From an uncultured virus (IMG/VR IMGVR_UViG_3300024289_000017) (taxonomy: Duplodnaviria; Heunggongvirae; Uroviricota; Caudoviricetes), in IMG/VR virus record IMGVR_UViG_3300024289_000017: a stretch of DNA of 64,000 bases; one strand, 5' to 3'. This document shows, one piece after another, positions 47,501 to 57,211 of the stretch. The stretch's first letter is position 1, and every line of letters begins with the position of its first letter. A program made the position numbers and the translations under genes. The notes under the pieces are model-generated. The model saw only the letters and a program-made list of their open reading frames with translations, was not told the origin of the DNA and did no database searches.

Positions 47501-47792
47501 TTTTTAAAATGTCCTCTTGATACATGTTTGATAATTGATCTATGGGATCGACTAGAGTAATTACCCAATCTAAAGATACAGGAACTCTAGTATCTTTAGT
47601 AAGAAGAATCCAAGGAACCAATCTTATTTTAACAGAATTTGTTTCAACAGATTCCTTTTCTTCACTTGATTTCATTTTAATACTGCATGGTTTATTGAAG
47701 ATATAACCAACTACTTTATCTTCAACCACCATTTCTTGTATATCCGCGATAATGTCTTCGCCAGATTTTAAAATTGCAAGTTTTACAGTCAT
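47463..47792 (-). CDS. Conserved cyanophage hypothetical protein
   Basis: LKSGEDIIAD...PWILL...WVITLVDP. Confidence 0.7.
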   Translation of the reverse strand: MTVKLAILKSGEDIIADIQEMVVEDKVVGYIFNKPCSIKMKSSEEKESVETNSVKIRLVPWILLTKDTRVPVSLDWVITLVDPIDQLSNMYQEDILKNEKNDQNISINE

Positions 47793-47890
47793 CGTTGCTC
47801 CATACCTCTTAGCATTCTACCAATAAAAAAAGGAGGAGTCAACCTGGATTTTGCCAGGTGCTCCTCGCGCCGACGATATTCAATTACTAT

Positions 47891-48055
47891 TTATTCTCCA
47901 CCATCTCCACCATCCCCATTGCCACCCGCACTTGATCGACTTCTTACCGGAACTGCTTTTCCTTTTGGAATGTTTTTTTGCTTTCCTCCAGAATAAACAG
48001 TGTGAGGAATAGAATTCTTATATGCGATTGTTTTGAACTCGTCGAAAGATTTCAT
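47891..48055 (-). CDS. Small protein (54 aa) with capsid-targeting-like N-terminus
   Basis: MKSFDEFKTIAYKNSIPH...SSAGGNGDGGDGGE; manual translation. Confidence 0.55.
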   Translation of the reverse strand: MKSFDEFKTIAYKNSIPHTVYSGGKQKNIPKGKAVPVRSRSSAGGNGDGGDGGE

Positions 48056-48068
48056 TTTTTATTTTTAT

Positions 48069-48509
48069 TTAGAGATAATCCTTTCGTTTATGATGGTCAG
48101 GAACAATTCTACCAAGAGTAATATTCAAAAGCCCATCCTCAAAATCAACTGATCTAACTTCCGTATCATCAGAGAGCGTCCACGCTCTCTTAAAACTCCG
48201 TTGAGCCAAACCTTTGTGGAGATAGTTGGACTCCGTTTCTTTATCTTCTTTTTGGCCTTCAACAAAGAGTTTACCATCTTGTGTGTAGACATAAACCTCC
48301 TTCTTTCTAAATCCAGCAAGAGCAAGTTCAAGTCGTGATTCTACATTGCTGACTTGAACTAAGTTGTATGGTGGATAGTTAGTAGTGGTTTCATGAAGAT
48401 TGAATAGACGATCAAAATATTCATCCATTCCAATACTATTGCGTGCGATTCTATCCATCAAAGCAGGAAGATCTGCATGTGTAAACCGTGAAGTTACAAG
48501 GTTAGTCAT
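48069..48509 (-). CDS. hsp20: Small heat shock protein Hsp20
   Basis: NYPPYN, LELALAGF, YLHKGLAQRSF, FEDGLL; AAGGAG RBS. Confidence 0.93.
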   Translation of the reverse strand: MTNLVTSRFTHADLPALMDRIARNSIGMDEYFDRLFNLHETTTNYPPYNLVQVSNVESRLELALAGFRKKEVYVYTQDGKLFVEGQKEDKETESNYLHKGLAQRSFKRAWTLSDDTEVRSVDFEDGLLNITLGRIVPDHHKRKDYL

Positions 48510-48668
48510 TATGGTAGCTCCTTTAAAAGCGAGTTTGTATTGTGTGGACCCTTTCGGCATCCATTACTAATTATACAAGAAACGAAAAAAAGAGGTATCG
48601 GTAAAACCGAACCTCTTTTTAGGGTGTTCCGACTTTTGTAGAGTGCCGCACGAATGGCACTCAACTAT

Positions 48669-49106
48669 TTATTCGGTTTCTACTGCTTTTCCTTTTTTAC
48701 CGATGTTATACTTTTGTTCTAGAATCCAATCACCTTTATCCTTATATGCAAGAACTTTAATTTGGTTCAGAGGTGCAATATCAGAAACTTTATCTTGATT
48801 TAGAACGGTAATAAGTCCCCAATCGGCAAGTAAACGAACAATACGATTTCGTCTCTGAACATCATTTACGGTAAGATTTGCATGTTTACCGTCCAGTGCA
48901 AATAGTTCTTTAAAATGAACAATGTAATATTTGCCTTGTTTATGTAAAATATGGCAAGACTGATAGAGTTTTTTCTCTTTGCGCGATGCAACTCCAATTC
49001 TGGTCAAAGTCTCACGAACCTTGAGGAAATCGTCTGGTTCATTAAGAATTACCTCCACCATTTGGTCTTGCGACCAATCAACCGTAGGTTCTACCGTAGT
49101 AGTCAT
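48669..49106 (-). CDS. regA: Translational repressor RegA
   Basis: FLKVRETLTRIG, LYQSCHILHKQG.YYIVHFKE. Confidence 0.95.
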   Translation of the reverse strand: MTTTVEPTVDWSQDQMVEVILNEPDDFLKVRETLTRIGVASRKEKKLYQSCHILHKQGKYYIVHFKELFALDGKHANLTVNDVQRRNRIVRLLADWGLITVLNQDKVSDIAPLNQIKVLAYKDKGDWILEQKYNIGKKGKAVETE

Positions 49107-49480
49107 TTTGATCCTCCAATGTCAAGTCTTTTTTTAATAAAATTAATTTGTTCTTTTGTCAGGATTTTTAGAGCTTGAAATGCTTTTTCATTACTATAAC
49201 CATAGTATTGTTTTATACATTCTAAGTCCGTGACCTTATCCTTTCGGAGCCAAGGAGAAAATCTCTTCTTTTTCCTCAAACTATTTAGATAAAAAGAATA
49301 TTGCAGATCTTTATCTAGGTGATGGTTCATATTCATTTCATTTACAAATAGAACACAATCTATATGACCAGATAAACATCTATTAATAATGTAAGGAGAA
49401 TACTCTTTTACTATTGATGGATCATCCATCAAATTTTCTTTTGTAAAATTAATTGAGTTTAACCAGTCCTTCAATTCCAT
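49103..49480 (-). CDS. Clamp loader small subunit (gp62)
   Basis: WLNSIN, YIINRCLS, KKKRFSPW, YYGYSNEKA. Confidence 0.9.
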   Translation of the reverse strand: MELKDWLNSINFTKENLMDDPSIVKEYSPYIINRCLSGHIDCVLFVNEMNMNHHLDKDLQYSFYLNSLRKKKRFSPWLRKDKVTDLECIKQYYGYSNEKAFQALKILTKEQINFIKKRLDIGGSK

Positions 49481-50300
49481 AATTAAAAAGCAGAAGTTCT
49501 TTACGTTGTTTTTGTTCACGCATATATTCACCAACTGAACGCATAGTATAAGTAAGATCAAACTCGGCAGCGTTCCAATTCTTGAATCGGTTTTTTACAA
49601 GTTGGTCTGAGTTGTAACTAATCAGTTGATGCATAGGATAATGAAAATCACAATCAGCAGCAAACTTATCGTGATCAAATCCTTTGTGCATTGATCCCTT
49701 TCTCCCATAGAGATTATCCTTAATGTCATAAGGAGGATCGAGATACACAAAAGCAGTAGTGTCTCCATCCAGAAGATAATCGTATGAGTAATTAGTTATA
49801 CGCCATTTAGAAATTAACGAAGAATACGCAAGCAGTTTTTCGATACCTCGCATAGAGAAATTGGAATTAGATGCTTGCTGCGAAAATGATGAACTCTCTG
49901 TGAGACCACTGAAAGAACACTTATTGACAACATAGAAAGCCACAGCACGATCAAAATTTGACACGGTTTTGTCATTGATCCGTTCCTTTGATTGAAGGAA
50001 AAGTTCTCTTGCTTTGTCTGGGGTATTATTTGCGTTTTTTAAATCAACAAGTTCACTTTTTAAATCATATCCAAACATCTGGAGTTGTTGCCAGAAGTTT
50101 ACCAGAGGTTCATAAAGATCATTCACCCAAATATCTAGGTTGGGATACTTCTTCGTGATATAAATCGCAACACTTCCACCACCAAGAAATGGTTCACGAA
50201 ATTCACTATAGTCACGAAGGTCTGGAAAATATGATCCAATCTTTTCACAGGCACGAGACTTACCTCCTGGGTAGCGCAATGGCGTCTTAAGAGATTTCAT
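49449..50300 (-). CDS. dam: DNA adenine methyltransferase (D12/Dam class)
   Basis: LRYPGGKS, EPFLGGGS, YLDPPY. Confidence 0.9.
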   Translation of the reverse strand: MKSLKTPLRYPGGKSRACEKIGSYFPDLRDYSEFREPFLGGGSVAIYITKKYPNLDIWVNDLYEPLVNFWQQLQMFGYDLKSELVDLKNANNTPDKARELFLQSKERINDKTVSNFDRAVAFYVVNKCSFSGLTESSSFSQQASNSNFSMRGIEKLLAYSSLISKWRITNYSYDYLLDGDTTAFVYLDPPYDIKDNLYGRKGSMHKGFDHDKFAADCDFHYPMHQLISYNSDQLVKNRFKNWNAAEFDLTYTMRSVGEYMREQKQRKELLLFNYGIEGLVKLN

Positions 50301-50818
50301 TTTAAATCAAACTTTATACGATTTTTAAATTTTTCAATTTCAATAGGACTGAAAGAAGATCCATATAGTTTACCATATTTAAAGTCAACTTTTCTAACTT
50401 TATCAATTTGACCATTTGGTAAGTTTCTATCAGTAACTGGAAACTTTAAAATATCATTTTTCCAAGCAATAGCAAACTTGGTTAGATTATTATTAAACCA
50501 CACCATTCCAAATTCAGGATATTCAAGATACTTAGATTTTCTATCCAAAAAACTTAAGCATCTCCAATTAGATGGCCAATCATCTTTCCAAGTTTTGCAC
50601 CTTTCAAGATCAAAAGCACATTTAAGTTGGTTATCAAAATAAACACCAATATCTACACCATACTTACCAAAAGGTTTTGTGACAATTTTACATTGGTCGG
50701 GATATTTATTGCGAAGAAATTTTACAAATATTTCGCTTTCATTATTGTCATCAAAAGAATCAATTCTGTCTTGAAAAGTTCCATATTCAAAAATTGTATC
50801 TTTAGTGACTGTTTTCAT
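50297..50818 (-). CDS. Hypothetical protein, possible PD-(D/E)XK-like nuclease
   Basis: ESE helix...KYGVDIG...FDLERCKTW pattern. Confidence 0.45.
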   Translation of the reverse strand: MKTVTKDTIFEYGTFQDRIDSFDDNNESEIFVKFLRNKYPDQCKIVTKPFGKYGVDIGVYFDNQLKCAFDLERCKTWKDDWPSNWRCLSFLDRKSKYLEYPEFGMVWFNNNLTKFAIAWKNDILKFPVTDRNLPNGQIDKVRKVDFKYGKLYGSSFSPIEIEKFKNRIKFDLK

Positions 50819-51759
50819 TTGAATTCACACTCACACATAATTTCAGTTAATGCAGCAAGAAGATTTACTTCTTGGTCAGCCACGAACGCACATTGGTATT
50901 GATACTTAGCAATAACAAGAACGGCAGCAGGGATAGATGCGGGAACAAGGCAATCGTAAGAGGCGTCATAAATCCTGCGAAGAAGACTAGAAGCATCGTT
51001 GTCCAAGTTGGAGACCACCCACTTTCGGACTTCAGGAAAGTTTTTATCCTTGAGATTTTTAATAAGTTCATTTACAGAGATGTCTGAGAAAGATGCAAGA
51101 ATGCCCGAGTCGATTTTTCCTCCTGTAGAATATCTCTGGCATTCGTTGAGGACCCTACGAAAGTCTGGGAAGTGTTTTGATACAAGTTCCGCAACGACTT
51201 TTTGATCATATTCAATCTTTTCCGCATCCAAGATTGATTGAAGTCGTTGGAAGAAACTACCTGCAAGTTGAACTCTTTGCTTCCCTTTGATGGTGAAGTC
51301 GATGACGGCACATCGGGAGTGAAGAGGTTCAATAATCTTGTTCTTGTAGTTACAGGTGAAGATGAATCGACAGTTATTATAAAATGCCTCAATATTCGCC
51401 CGTAGTAGGAGTTGTACATCGTTCCCTGTGTTATCAGCTTCATCGATGATAATGACTTTGTGTTTAGCAGATCCCGTAAGTGAGACGGTCGAAGCAAAGT
51501 TCTTTGCTTGGTTCCGTACAGTATCCAGGAAACGCCCTTCGTCGGATCCATTGATGACATAATAATCTGCCCCCAATTCATTACATAATGCTTTTGCGAT
51601 TGTAGTTTTACCAATACCAGGAGGTCCTGCAAGAAGGAGATTTGGAATCTCACCTTTCGCTACAAACTCCTTAAATGTTTTTTTAGTGTCATCGGGCAAA
51701 ATACAGTCATCAATCACTTGAGGACGATATTTTTCCACAAAAAGAAATTCACTTGCCAT
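50815..51759 (-). CDS. Clamp loader large subunit (gp44)
   Basis: VEKYRP, GPPGIGKT, IIDEAD, SRC. Confidence 0.95.
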   Translation of the reverse strand: MASEFLFVEKYRPQVIDDCILPDDTKKTFKEFVAKGEIPNLLLAGPPGIGKTTIAKALCNELGADYYVINGSDEGRFLDTVRNQAKNFASTVSLTGSAKHKVIIIDEADNTGNDVQLLLRANIEAFYNNCRFIFTCNYKNKIIEPLHSRCAVIDFTIKGKQRVQLAGSFFQRLQSILDAEKIEYDQKVVAELVSKHFPDFRRVLNECQRYSTGGKIDSGILASFSDISVNELIKNLKDKNFPEVRKWVVSNLDNDASSLLRRIYDASYDCLVPASIPAAVLVIAKYQYQCAFVADQEVNLLAALTEIMCECEFK

Positions 51760-51761
51760 AA

Positions 51762-52277
51762 TCAAATCCAATTAGGTTTTCTTTCTGGCATACGGAGATA
51801 GTTATCAGCAACCCAAGGTTTGGATGCAATGTATCTTTTGTATGCTTCAAATGTATCAATAGTGTCGTCAAACTTCCATTCCTCAGGCATAGCACGAGCA
51901 AATGGAGTCACTTCTGTAATCTTACCCTTAGGAAACAAGTAGTATGCATCCACAAGGGTTTTGTAGCAGGAGTGAGTTTTATTATACCGCAGGCAGTATT
52001 CATCAGACAAGTTCAATCCCCACTTGATTAACCAGTAGGCATTATGGATACTCTCCAGTGCCCACTTGGTGCAGGGATGATTGCGGAATGCTCCTTTCTC
52101 GGTCTTGTAGGGGGTTCCATCTGCTTTAGGGAGAGTGCCGTAACCGTATCCCCATTTTTCTGACGCAACGATAGAGAGCATCTGACAGCACTCTAGGGGC
52201 ATCTTGACAATGTGTTTGTCGGGGAGGCAAATAGCACTCTCAGCGGGCCAAGGAGAAGTAACGAAGATATTCATCAA
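51762..52277 (-). CDS. Pyrimidine-dimer DNA glycosylase-like (DenV-related) protein
   Basis: MNIF...DKHIVKMPLECCQML...NHPCTKW...EY..RY.K.H. Confidence 0.7.
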   Translation of the reverse strand: MMNIFVTSPWPAESAICLPDKHIVKMPLECCQMLSIVASEKWGYGYGTLPKADGTPYKTEKGAFRNHPCTKWALESIHNAYWLIKWGLNLSDEYCLRYNKTHSCYKTLVDAYYLFPKGKITEVTPFARAMPEEWKFDDTIDTFEAYKRYIASKPWVADNYLRMPERKPNWI

Positions 52278-52939
52278 CCAAAGGTAGAATCGGGTTCCAT
52301 AGCAATATAATAAGTCACATCAAACCCAGTATTCTTGAACCGTGACAAAAGTTTAGAAGAAATCACCACCTCATAAGAACCAGGGATAATCTTGATGTTT
52401 TCTACTTTGAAATTAAAAGTGAATACCTCATCTGTTTCACCGACCACCACAGAGAAATCATTGGAAGTATCGTTCTTTTTATCGCGAACAACCAATTTTA
52501 CAACACCTGCTTCACCAACCACAGACAGGTCAGGAAGTTGATACACAGCAGCAGCTTTAAGCAGTTTATCAAGTTCTTTGGTATCAAGAATGAAACAAAC
52601 ATCTTCTGAGGGTAGAGAGATAGATTTGTCTGGAGGAGTAACAATTACATTAGGATCTGCAAAAAAATATTTGGAACGAGAACGACCTTCTTTAATGACT
52701 ACATAACCGTCATTCTGAAAATCAAGTTCAGCATTTTGATGGAGGTTGAGTCCATTCAGAAATTGGTTTAGATCATAGATACCAAAATCCTTAGGCAGTT
52801 CTTCTTCAATTGTTGCCTCTGCGAGAATATTTTTCATCACAGAAATTGTGCGAAGATTGCTTCCTTCTTTAAACAGAATGGACTGATTAATAGAAGAAAA
52901 GTTCTTGAGCAGAGTCAAAGTTTTGTCAGAGAGTTTCAT
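52274..52939 (-). CDS. Sliding clamp (gp45)
   Basis: LKNFSSINQSI, FGIYDLNQFL. Confidence 0.93.
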   Translation of the reverse strand: MKLSDKTLTLLKNFSSINQSILFKEGSNLRTISVMKNILAEATIEEELPKDFGIYDLNQFLNGLNLHQNAELDFQNDGYVVIKEGRSRSKYFFADPNVIVTPPDKSISLPSEDVCFILDTKELDKLLKAAAVYQLPDLSVVGEAGVVKLVVRDKKNDTSNDFSVVVGETDEVFTFNFKVENIKIIPGSYEVVISSKLLSRFKNTGFDVTYYIAMEPDSTFG

Positions 52940-52941
52940 AA

Positions 52942-53448
52942 TCAATAGTTGTAAGTGTTAGTGGTGTTTTTATGAAGTCCAGCGAAATGATAAAGAAGAA
53001 CGCAATAATGAATTGCCTTCAAAATGTCCATTTTGGACTTACCATTCTTCTTACCAAACCGCGAGAGATACTTGATAGCGTTGGAACGAGTGAATGGTTC
53101 ACCATCTCCAATACTCTCAATCAAATCGAGAGTTTGAGTTTTAGATTGTTCTGAAGTGTAGTGAGAATGATAAGTACTTGCAATATACTCTTCTACTGCT
53201 TTCAGAGTTTTATCTTCTTCATATTTCCAGAAACCATTTTTGTTTGTATCTTCAGGCATTTTCAAATTAAAAGTAGAAGGTAGATTCAGAGATAGATGAT
53301 CATCACCAAGTCCACCAGAAAGTCGGGAACTAAGGACAAACATATCGGGAGAAGGACACGGATTTCCAGTTAGACTAATACCATCTTCTTCCCAGAAATC
53401 TTGATTAGGGATTGAACTTTCGTAAGTGCTCTCAAAGTTTTCGGACAT
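52942..53448 (-). CDS. DUF3310-like protein
   Basis: TYHSHY...NAIKYLSRFGKK...DILKAIHY. Confidence 0.65.
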   Translation of the reverse strand: MSENFESTYESSIPNQDFWEEDGISLTGNPCPSPDMFVLSSRLSGGLGDDHLSLNLPSTFNLKMPEDTNKNGFWKYEEDKTLKAVEEYIASTYHSHYTSEQSKTQTLDLIESIGDGEPFTRSNAIKYLSRFGKKNGKSKMDILKAIHYCVLLYHFAGLHKNTTNTYNY

Positions 53449-53503
53449 TGTATTTCATAGTAAAGGACAAAAAGAGGAGGCACATTGACCTCCTTATATC
53501 CTA

Positions 53504-54595
53504 TCAGTTTGACTGCTGTTCGTCAACAGGAAGTTGAAAGTCAGCATCAACCTTGTCATAAAGTTCAAGGAATGCTTGCTTGGTTTCATCATCAAAGCGG
53601 TTAACGCACACTTGGATTGCCTTTGCTTTATCTTGGAAAATGCTGTAAGCACGGATGATGTGAACCAGACGGCGGGTGCTGATGATCTCCTCAATACCAC
53701 CATCGTAGAAAGTCTTACGGATGATGTCTGCCCAATCGACCAGGCGCTTACAGAAATTACGATCTTCAATACCCAGATCCAAAGCAATACCTTCCAGAAT
53801 CTTCTGCTCAGTTGCAGGGGCGGGATAGGACTGCTCAAAGGTCACAGGGAAACGCTCAAGGAATGCTTCGTTGAGAACATTGGTGCCGATGAAGCGACCA
53901 TCATCAGAACCCTTACCCTTGGTGTTGGCGGTGGCGATCACATTGAAACCAGAGGCAGGTTTCACGAAGCGACCGATCTTTTTGAGGAACACACCTTTAC
54001 CTTCCAGAATGGATTGCAGGCACAGGATCTTATTAGAAGCAAGGTCAATCTCATCCAGCAGCAGCACTGCACCACGCTCAAGTGCTTCCACTACAGGACC
54101 ATTGTGCCATACAGTCTCACCATTGACAAGACGGAAACCACCAATCAGGTCATCTTCATCAGTCTCGATGGTAATGTTGACACGAATCAATTCACGCTTC
54201 AGTTGAGCACATGCTTGCTCAACGCTGAAAGTTTTACCATTACCAGACAGACCAGTGACGAACACAGGATAAAAGATATTGGACTGAATAACTTTTTTAA
54301 TATCACCAAAGTTACCAAACTTGACGAAGGTATCATCTTTATCGGGAATGAGGTTTTGTTCGATAGGGGGAACCACTGCAGGTGCTTGGAAAGTGCGTTC
54401 GATTTCTTGTACTTTTTGTTGCGTCACTTCAAGATTCCATTTACCACGACCAACTTTAAATTGATCAAGTTTTTTAGTAACAGTTTGATAGTTAGCATCG
54501 TTCAGATTACACCAGGCACGGATATCAGCACCAGTGATGGTGTTTCCATACAGGTTCTGTAGAGAAGTGCGGATGTAGTCGGAGGAGAGTGCCAT
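53504..54595 (-). CDS. cobS: CobS-like MoxR AAA+ ATPase
   Basis: GLSGNGKT, LLDEID, NEAFLERF. Confidence 0.9.
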   Translation of the reverse strand: MALSSDYIRTSLQNLYGNTITGADIRAWCNLNDANYQTVTKKLDQFKVGRGKWNLEVTQQKVQEIERTFQAPAVVPPIEQNLIPDKDDTFVKFGNFGDIKKVIQSNIFYPVFVTGLSGNGKTFSVEQACAQLKRELIRVNITIETDEDDLIGGFRLVNGETVWHNGPVVEALERGAVLLLDEIDLASNKILCLQSILEGKGVFLKKIGRFVKPASGFNVIATANTKGKGSDDGRFIGTNVLNEAFLERFPVTFEQSYPAPATEQKILEGIALDLGIEDRNFCKRLVDWADIIRKTFYDGGIEEIISTRRLVHIIRAYSIFQDKAKAIQVCVNRFDDETKQAFLELYDKVDADFQLPVDEQQSN

Positions 54596-54659
54596 TAGTT
54601 TGCTTTGTTTCAACCTAGTCATTATAGAGCAAAAAGAGGTCCTCCTGGGACCTCGGTGG

Positions 54660-54845
54660 TCAGTTTGCCAACTGGTTCTTGAGTTCTCTTAGGTACTCTT
54701 CACTTGCAATATGACCTGTATATCCTGGATAGTACTTATTTACTAAAGAGTCAATGCCCATAGCAGTTGTACTGCTATTACATTTAATCCATACTTCTTT
54801 TGTATTGTATTCTACCACATGTTCGAATGGAAATTTTTGTTTCAT
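54660..54845 (-). CDS. Hypothetical protein
   Basis: 61-aa ORF with ATGA overlap. Confidence 0.6.
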   Translation of the reverse strand: MKQKFPFEHVVEYNTKEVWIKCNSSTTAMGIDSLVNKYYPGYTGHIASEEYLRELKNQLAN

Positions 54846-57028
54846 GCAACTAAAGAAATGAACTCACCAAGAACTTTTTTATTTAGTTTTTTAGTCTTAA
54901 GGGACTTAACGAACGCAGATTTAATTTGGGATTTAGTTGCATCTTCGGAAACTTCAAACTCAGTTTCTTGAGAAAGTGCAGTTGCAGACATTCCAAAGTA
55001 CGCATCATATCCAGACTTTGTAATTGTGAAACTCTTCAGTTTCTTCCAATCATTTTGAATTTTCTCATATTCTTTTTCAAGTTGAGAATGATACATTTGA
55101 ACAAAGCGACTGAAGTTGCGACTTTCAAGAACACGAATACCAATAAAGTTCATGGAAGTAAACTTATCTTTCAGGTTCCTAAGAAGAACATCAGTAAATT
55201 CATGATAACCATATCCAATCTTATAGGTAGTTCCAAGTTTACGATCACGAAGGAATGTCGTATGTGGATTAATATACCCAGTTCCAAGAAATGGTTTCTT
55301 TTCCCACTGGCGTTTAACTTCTTTGTGGTGGACAAGTTGATTTGCTTCACCATCAGTAAGAACAATACATTGAACTTTTTGAAGTTTGTTTTCCTTTTGG
55401 AACTTAGGAAGAATCTGATGAAGAGTAATCAGAGATTCATTCAAAGGAGTTCCTGAGAGAGAAAGACGATTTGGATAAGTATAGGGAGAACTATAAGTCC
55501 TACCAAAACAATAAGCAAGACGCCAAATATTCAACATTTGATGCTCAAGAACACTACCAGAAACTTTACTAGTGAGAATATTCATCATGGAGAAAGTTTC
55601 ATCTACAACCAGAAGACCATCTTTCTTTTGGTAATGTGGAGTGCGGTCTGCAGCAAGATAACGATCATTTTCATAATCATACTCACCACGACGCCACTCA
55701 CTAGTAAAAGCATAAACCTCAAAAGGAATGGATACTTTCTTACAGAACCAAACAAGATTGAAGAGTTGCTTACATGTATCAAGCATCACATCACACATAG
55801 AACCACTCCAGTCCAAAACAAATACAAGACCATGATTCTTGCCATCAGGAATCACAGATACTTTCTTGAACAAGTCTTCATTGTACTTGTAAGTATGAAG
55901 ACGAGATGTATCGAGAACACCAGTGCGAGCAGTTGATGCACGAGCATACTGATCTGCAGCCTTACGACATTCAAATTCTTTTACCAAGTAGTTGACTTCT
56001 TTTTGAGCAGAAGATTTAAACTTTTTAAAGTCAAGATCAGATTCTTTATAGAGATTTGTAGGAGTATAACTTTGTCTTTCCGCATGTTCATTATGGATTT
56101 TTTGTTGATGAGCAAAAGAATCATCAATATCTTTATGAACTTCAGAGTTCTTACCAATAACAGTATCAAGATTTACTTGAGGAACCTCAATATAAACATT
56201 TTCATATCCATCGTTACCCACAAGGTCACGAATCTTATCTTCCAAAGACTCTGCAGTGCGAACTTCAGGTTCTTCTTTTTCCCCAGAAGATTTTACGGGA
56301 GTTTCATCACCTTGAGCAGTGCCACCATAGGACTCTGAAGACTCTTTTTCAGAGGAGTTATCACTCTCACCTTCTTGCTCAGAAGAGGAGTCATTAGTCT
56401 CCACAAAATCACTTGCAGGAGACTGTGAATTTCCTTGAGTTTCGTGAGAATCAAAGTCAGCAACCTTCTGCTGTTGTTCCTTTTCTTTTTTACAATAATT
56501 ATAAAGTTCTTCAGCAGCAATCAGTGTATCTGCAAAACTTTCACAAGCATCAATGATATTAATGATTTCTTTTTCCTCTGGAGTAAAATCAAGAGTCAAA
56601 AAGTTGCCAACTTTAAAATAAAGGTTAGCGCGGTCAGCAAGATTAAAAGTAGAAATATCTTCTTCTTTGAGTTGAAAGAAATCTTCTTCGTTCAGTTCCT
56701 TATATCCATTAAAGAAAGTCTTAGCAAGACCAGCATACTTACGCTTCATCAGTTTTTCAATGCGAGCATCCTCAACCACATTCACAAACTGCTGAGGAAC
56801 TTTTGCAGTTTCGCTCCAATCCTCATCAGGAGTAAAGAGTGCGTGACCCACCTCATGACCAACCAGAAGGTCATATACAAGGTTACTTGCCTTTTCCCAC
56901 AAAGGCAGAGTCAGAACACGAGTATGAACATTGAAACAAGCAGTAGGAACCTTCTTGTGTTCCACCACAAGGTCTTCAGTAGCAAGAAGTTTGGCAAGTT
57001 GAGATTTGATTTCGTGAGAGACTGCCAT
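54842..57028 (-). CDS. HExxH peptidase-like + vWA (CobT-like) protein
   Basis: HEVGH...VEDARIE; LDWSGSM MIDAS, GTPL, LTDGE. Confidence 0.85.
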   Translation of the reverse strand: MAVSHEIKSQLAKLLATEDLVVEHKKVPTACFNVHTRVLTLPLWEKASNLVYDLLVGHEVGHALFTPDEDWSETAKVPQQFVNVVEDARIEKLMKRKYAGLAKTFFNGYKELNEEDFFQLKEEDISTFNLADRANLYFKVGNFLTLDFTPEEKEIINIIDACESFADTLIAAEELYNYCKKEKEQQQKVADFDSHETQGNSQSPASDFVETNDSSSEQEGESDNSSEKESSESYGGTAQGDETPVKSSGEKEEPEVRTAESLEDKIRDLVGNDGYENVYIEVPQVNLDTVIGKNSEVHKDIDDSFAHQQKIHNEHAERQSYTPTNLYKESDLDFKKFKSSAQKEVNYLVKEFECRKAADQYARASTARTGVLDTSRLHTYKYNEDLFKKVSVIPDGKNHGLVFVLDWSGSMCDVMLDTCKQLFNLVWFCKKVSIPFEVYAFTSEWRRGEYDYENDRYLAADRTPHYQKKDGLLVVDETFSMMNILTSKVSGSVLEHQMLNIWRLAYCFGRTYSSPYTYPNRLSLSGTPLNESLITLHQILPKFQKENKLQKVQCIVLTDGEANQLVHHKEVKRQWEKKPFLGTGYINPHTTFLRDRKLGTTYKIGYGYHEFTDVLLRNLKDKFTSMNFIGIRVLESRNFSRFVQMYHSQLEKEYEKIQNDWKKLKSFTITKSGYDAYFGMSATALSQETEFEVSEDATKSQIKSAFVKSLKTKKLNKKVLGEFISLVA

Positions 57029-57211
57029 GAGGTTTGTTTCGTATGAGACCATCATAAAACGAAAGGTCGCCTTTTGGGCGACCCATGTGACGCTTTTTGA
57101 ACTGGGCGAGTCGTGCTTTTGCTTGCCTCAGTGCTTGCGGTTTAAGTTTTCGTTTCTGTTCTTTCTTTGAATGGTGTTTCCAGTTTGGGACTTGCATTGT
57201 TATTAAGTGGA

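Noticed and set aside
53534..54562. 342-aa plus-strand ORF
   Set aside because: In-register antisense shadow of cobS caused by codon bias; no RBS or recognisable motifs
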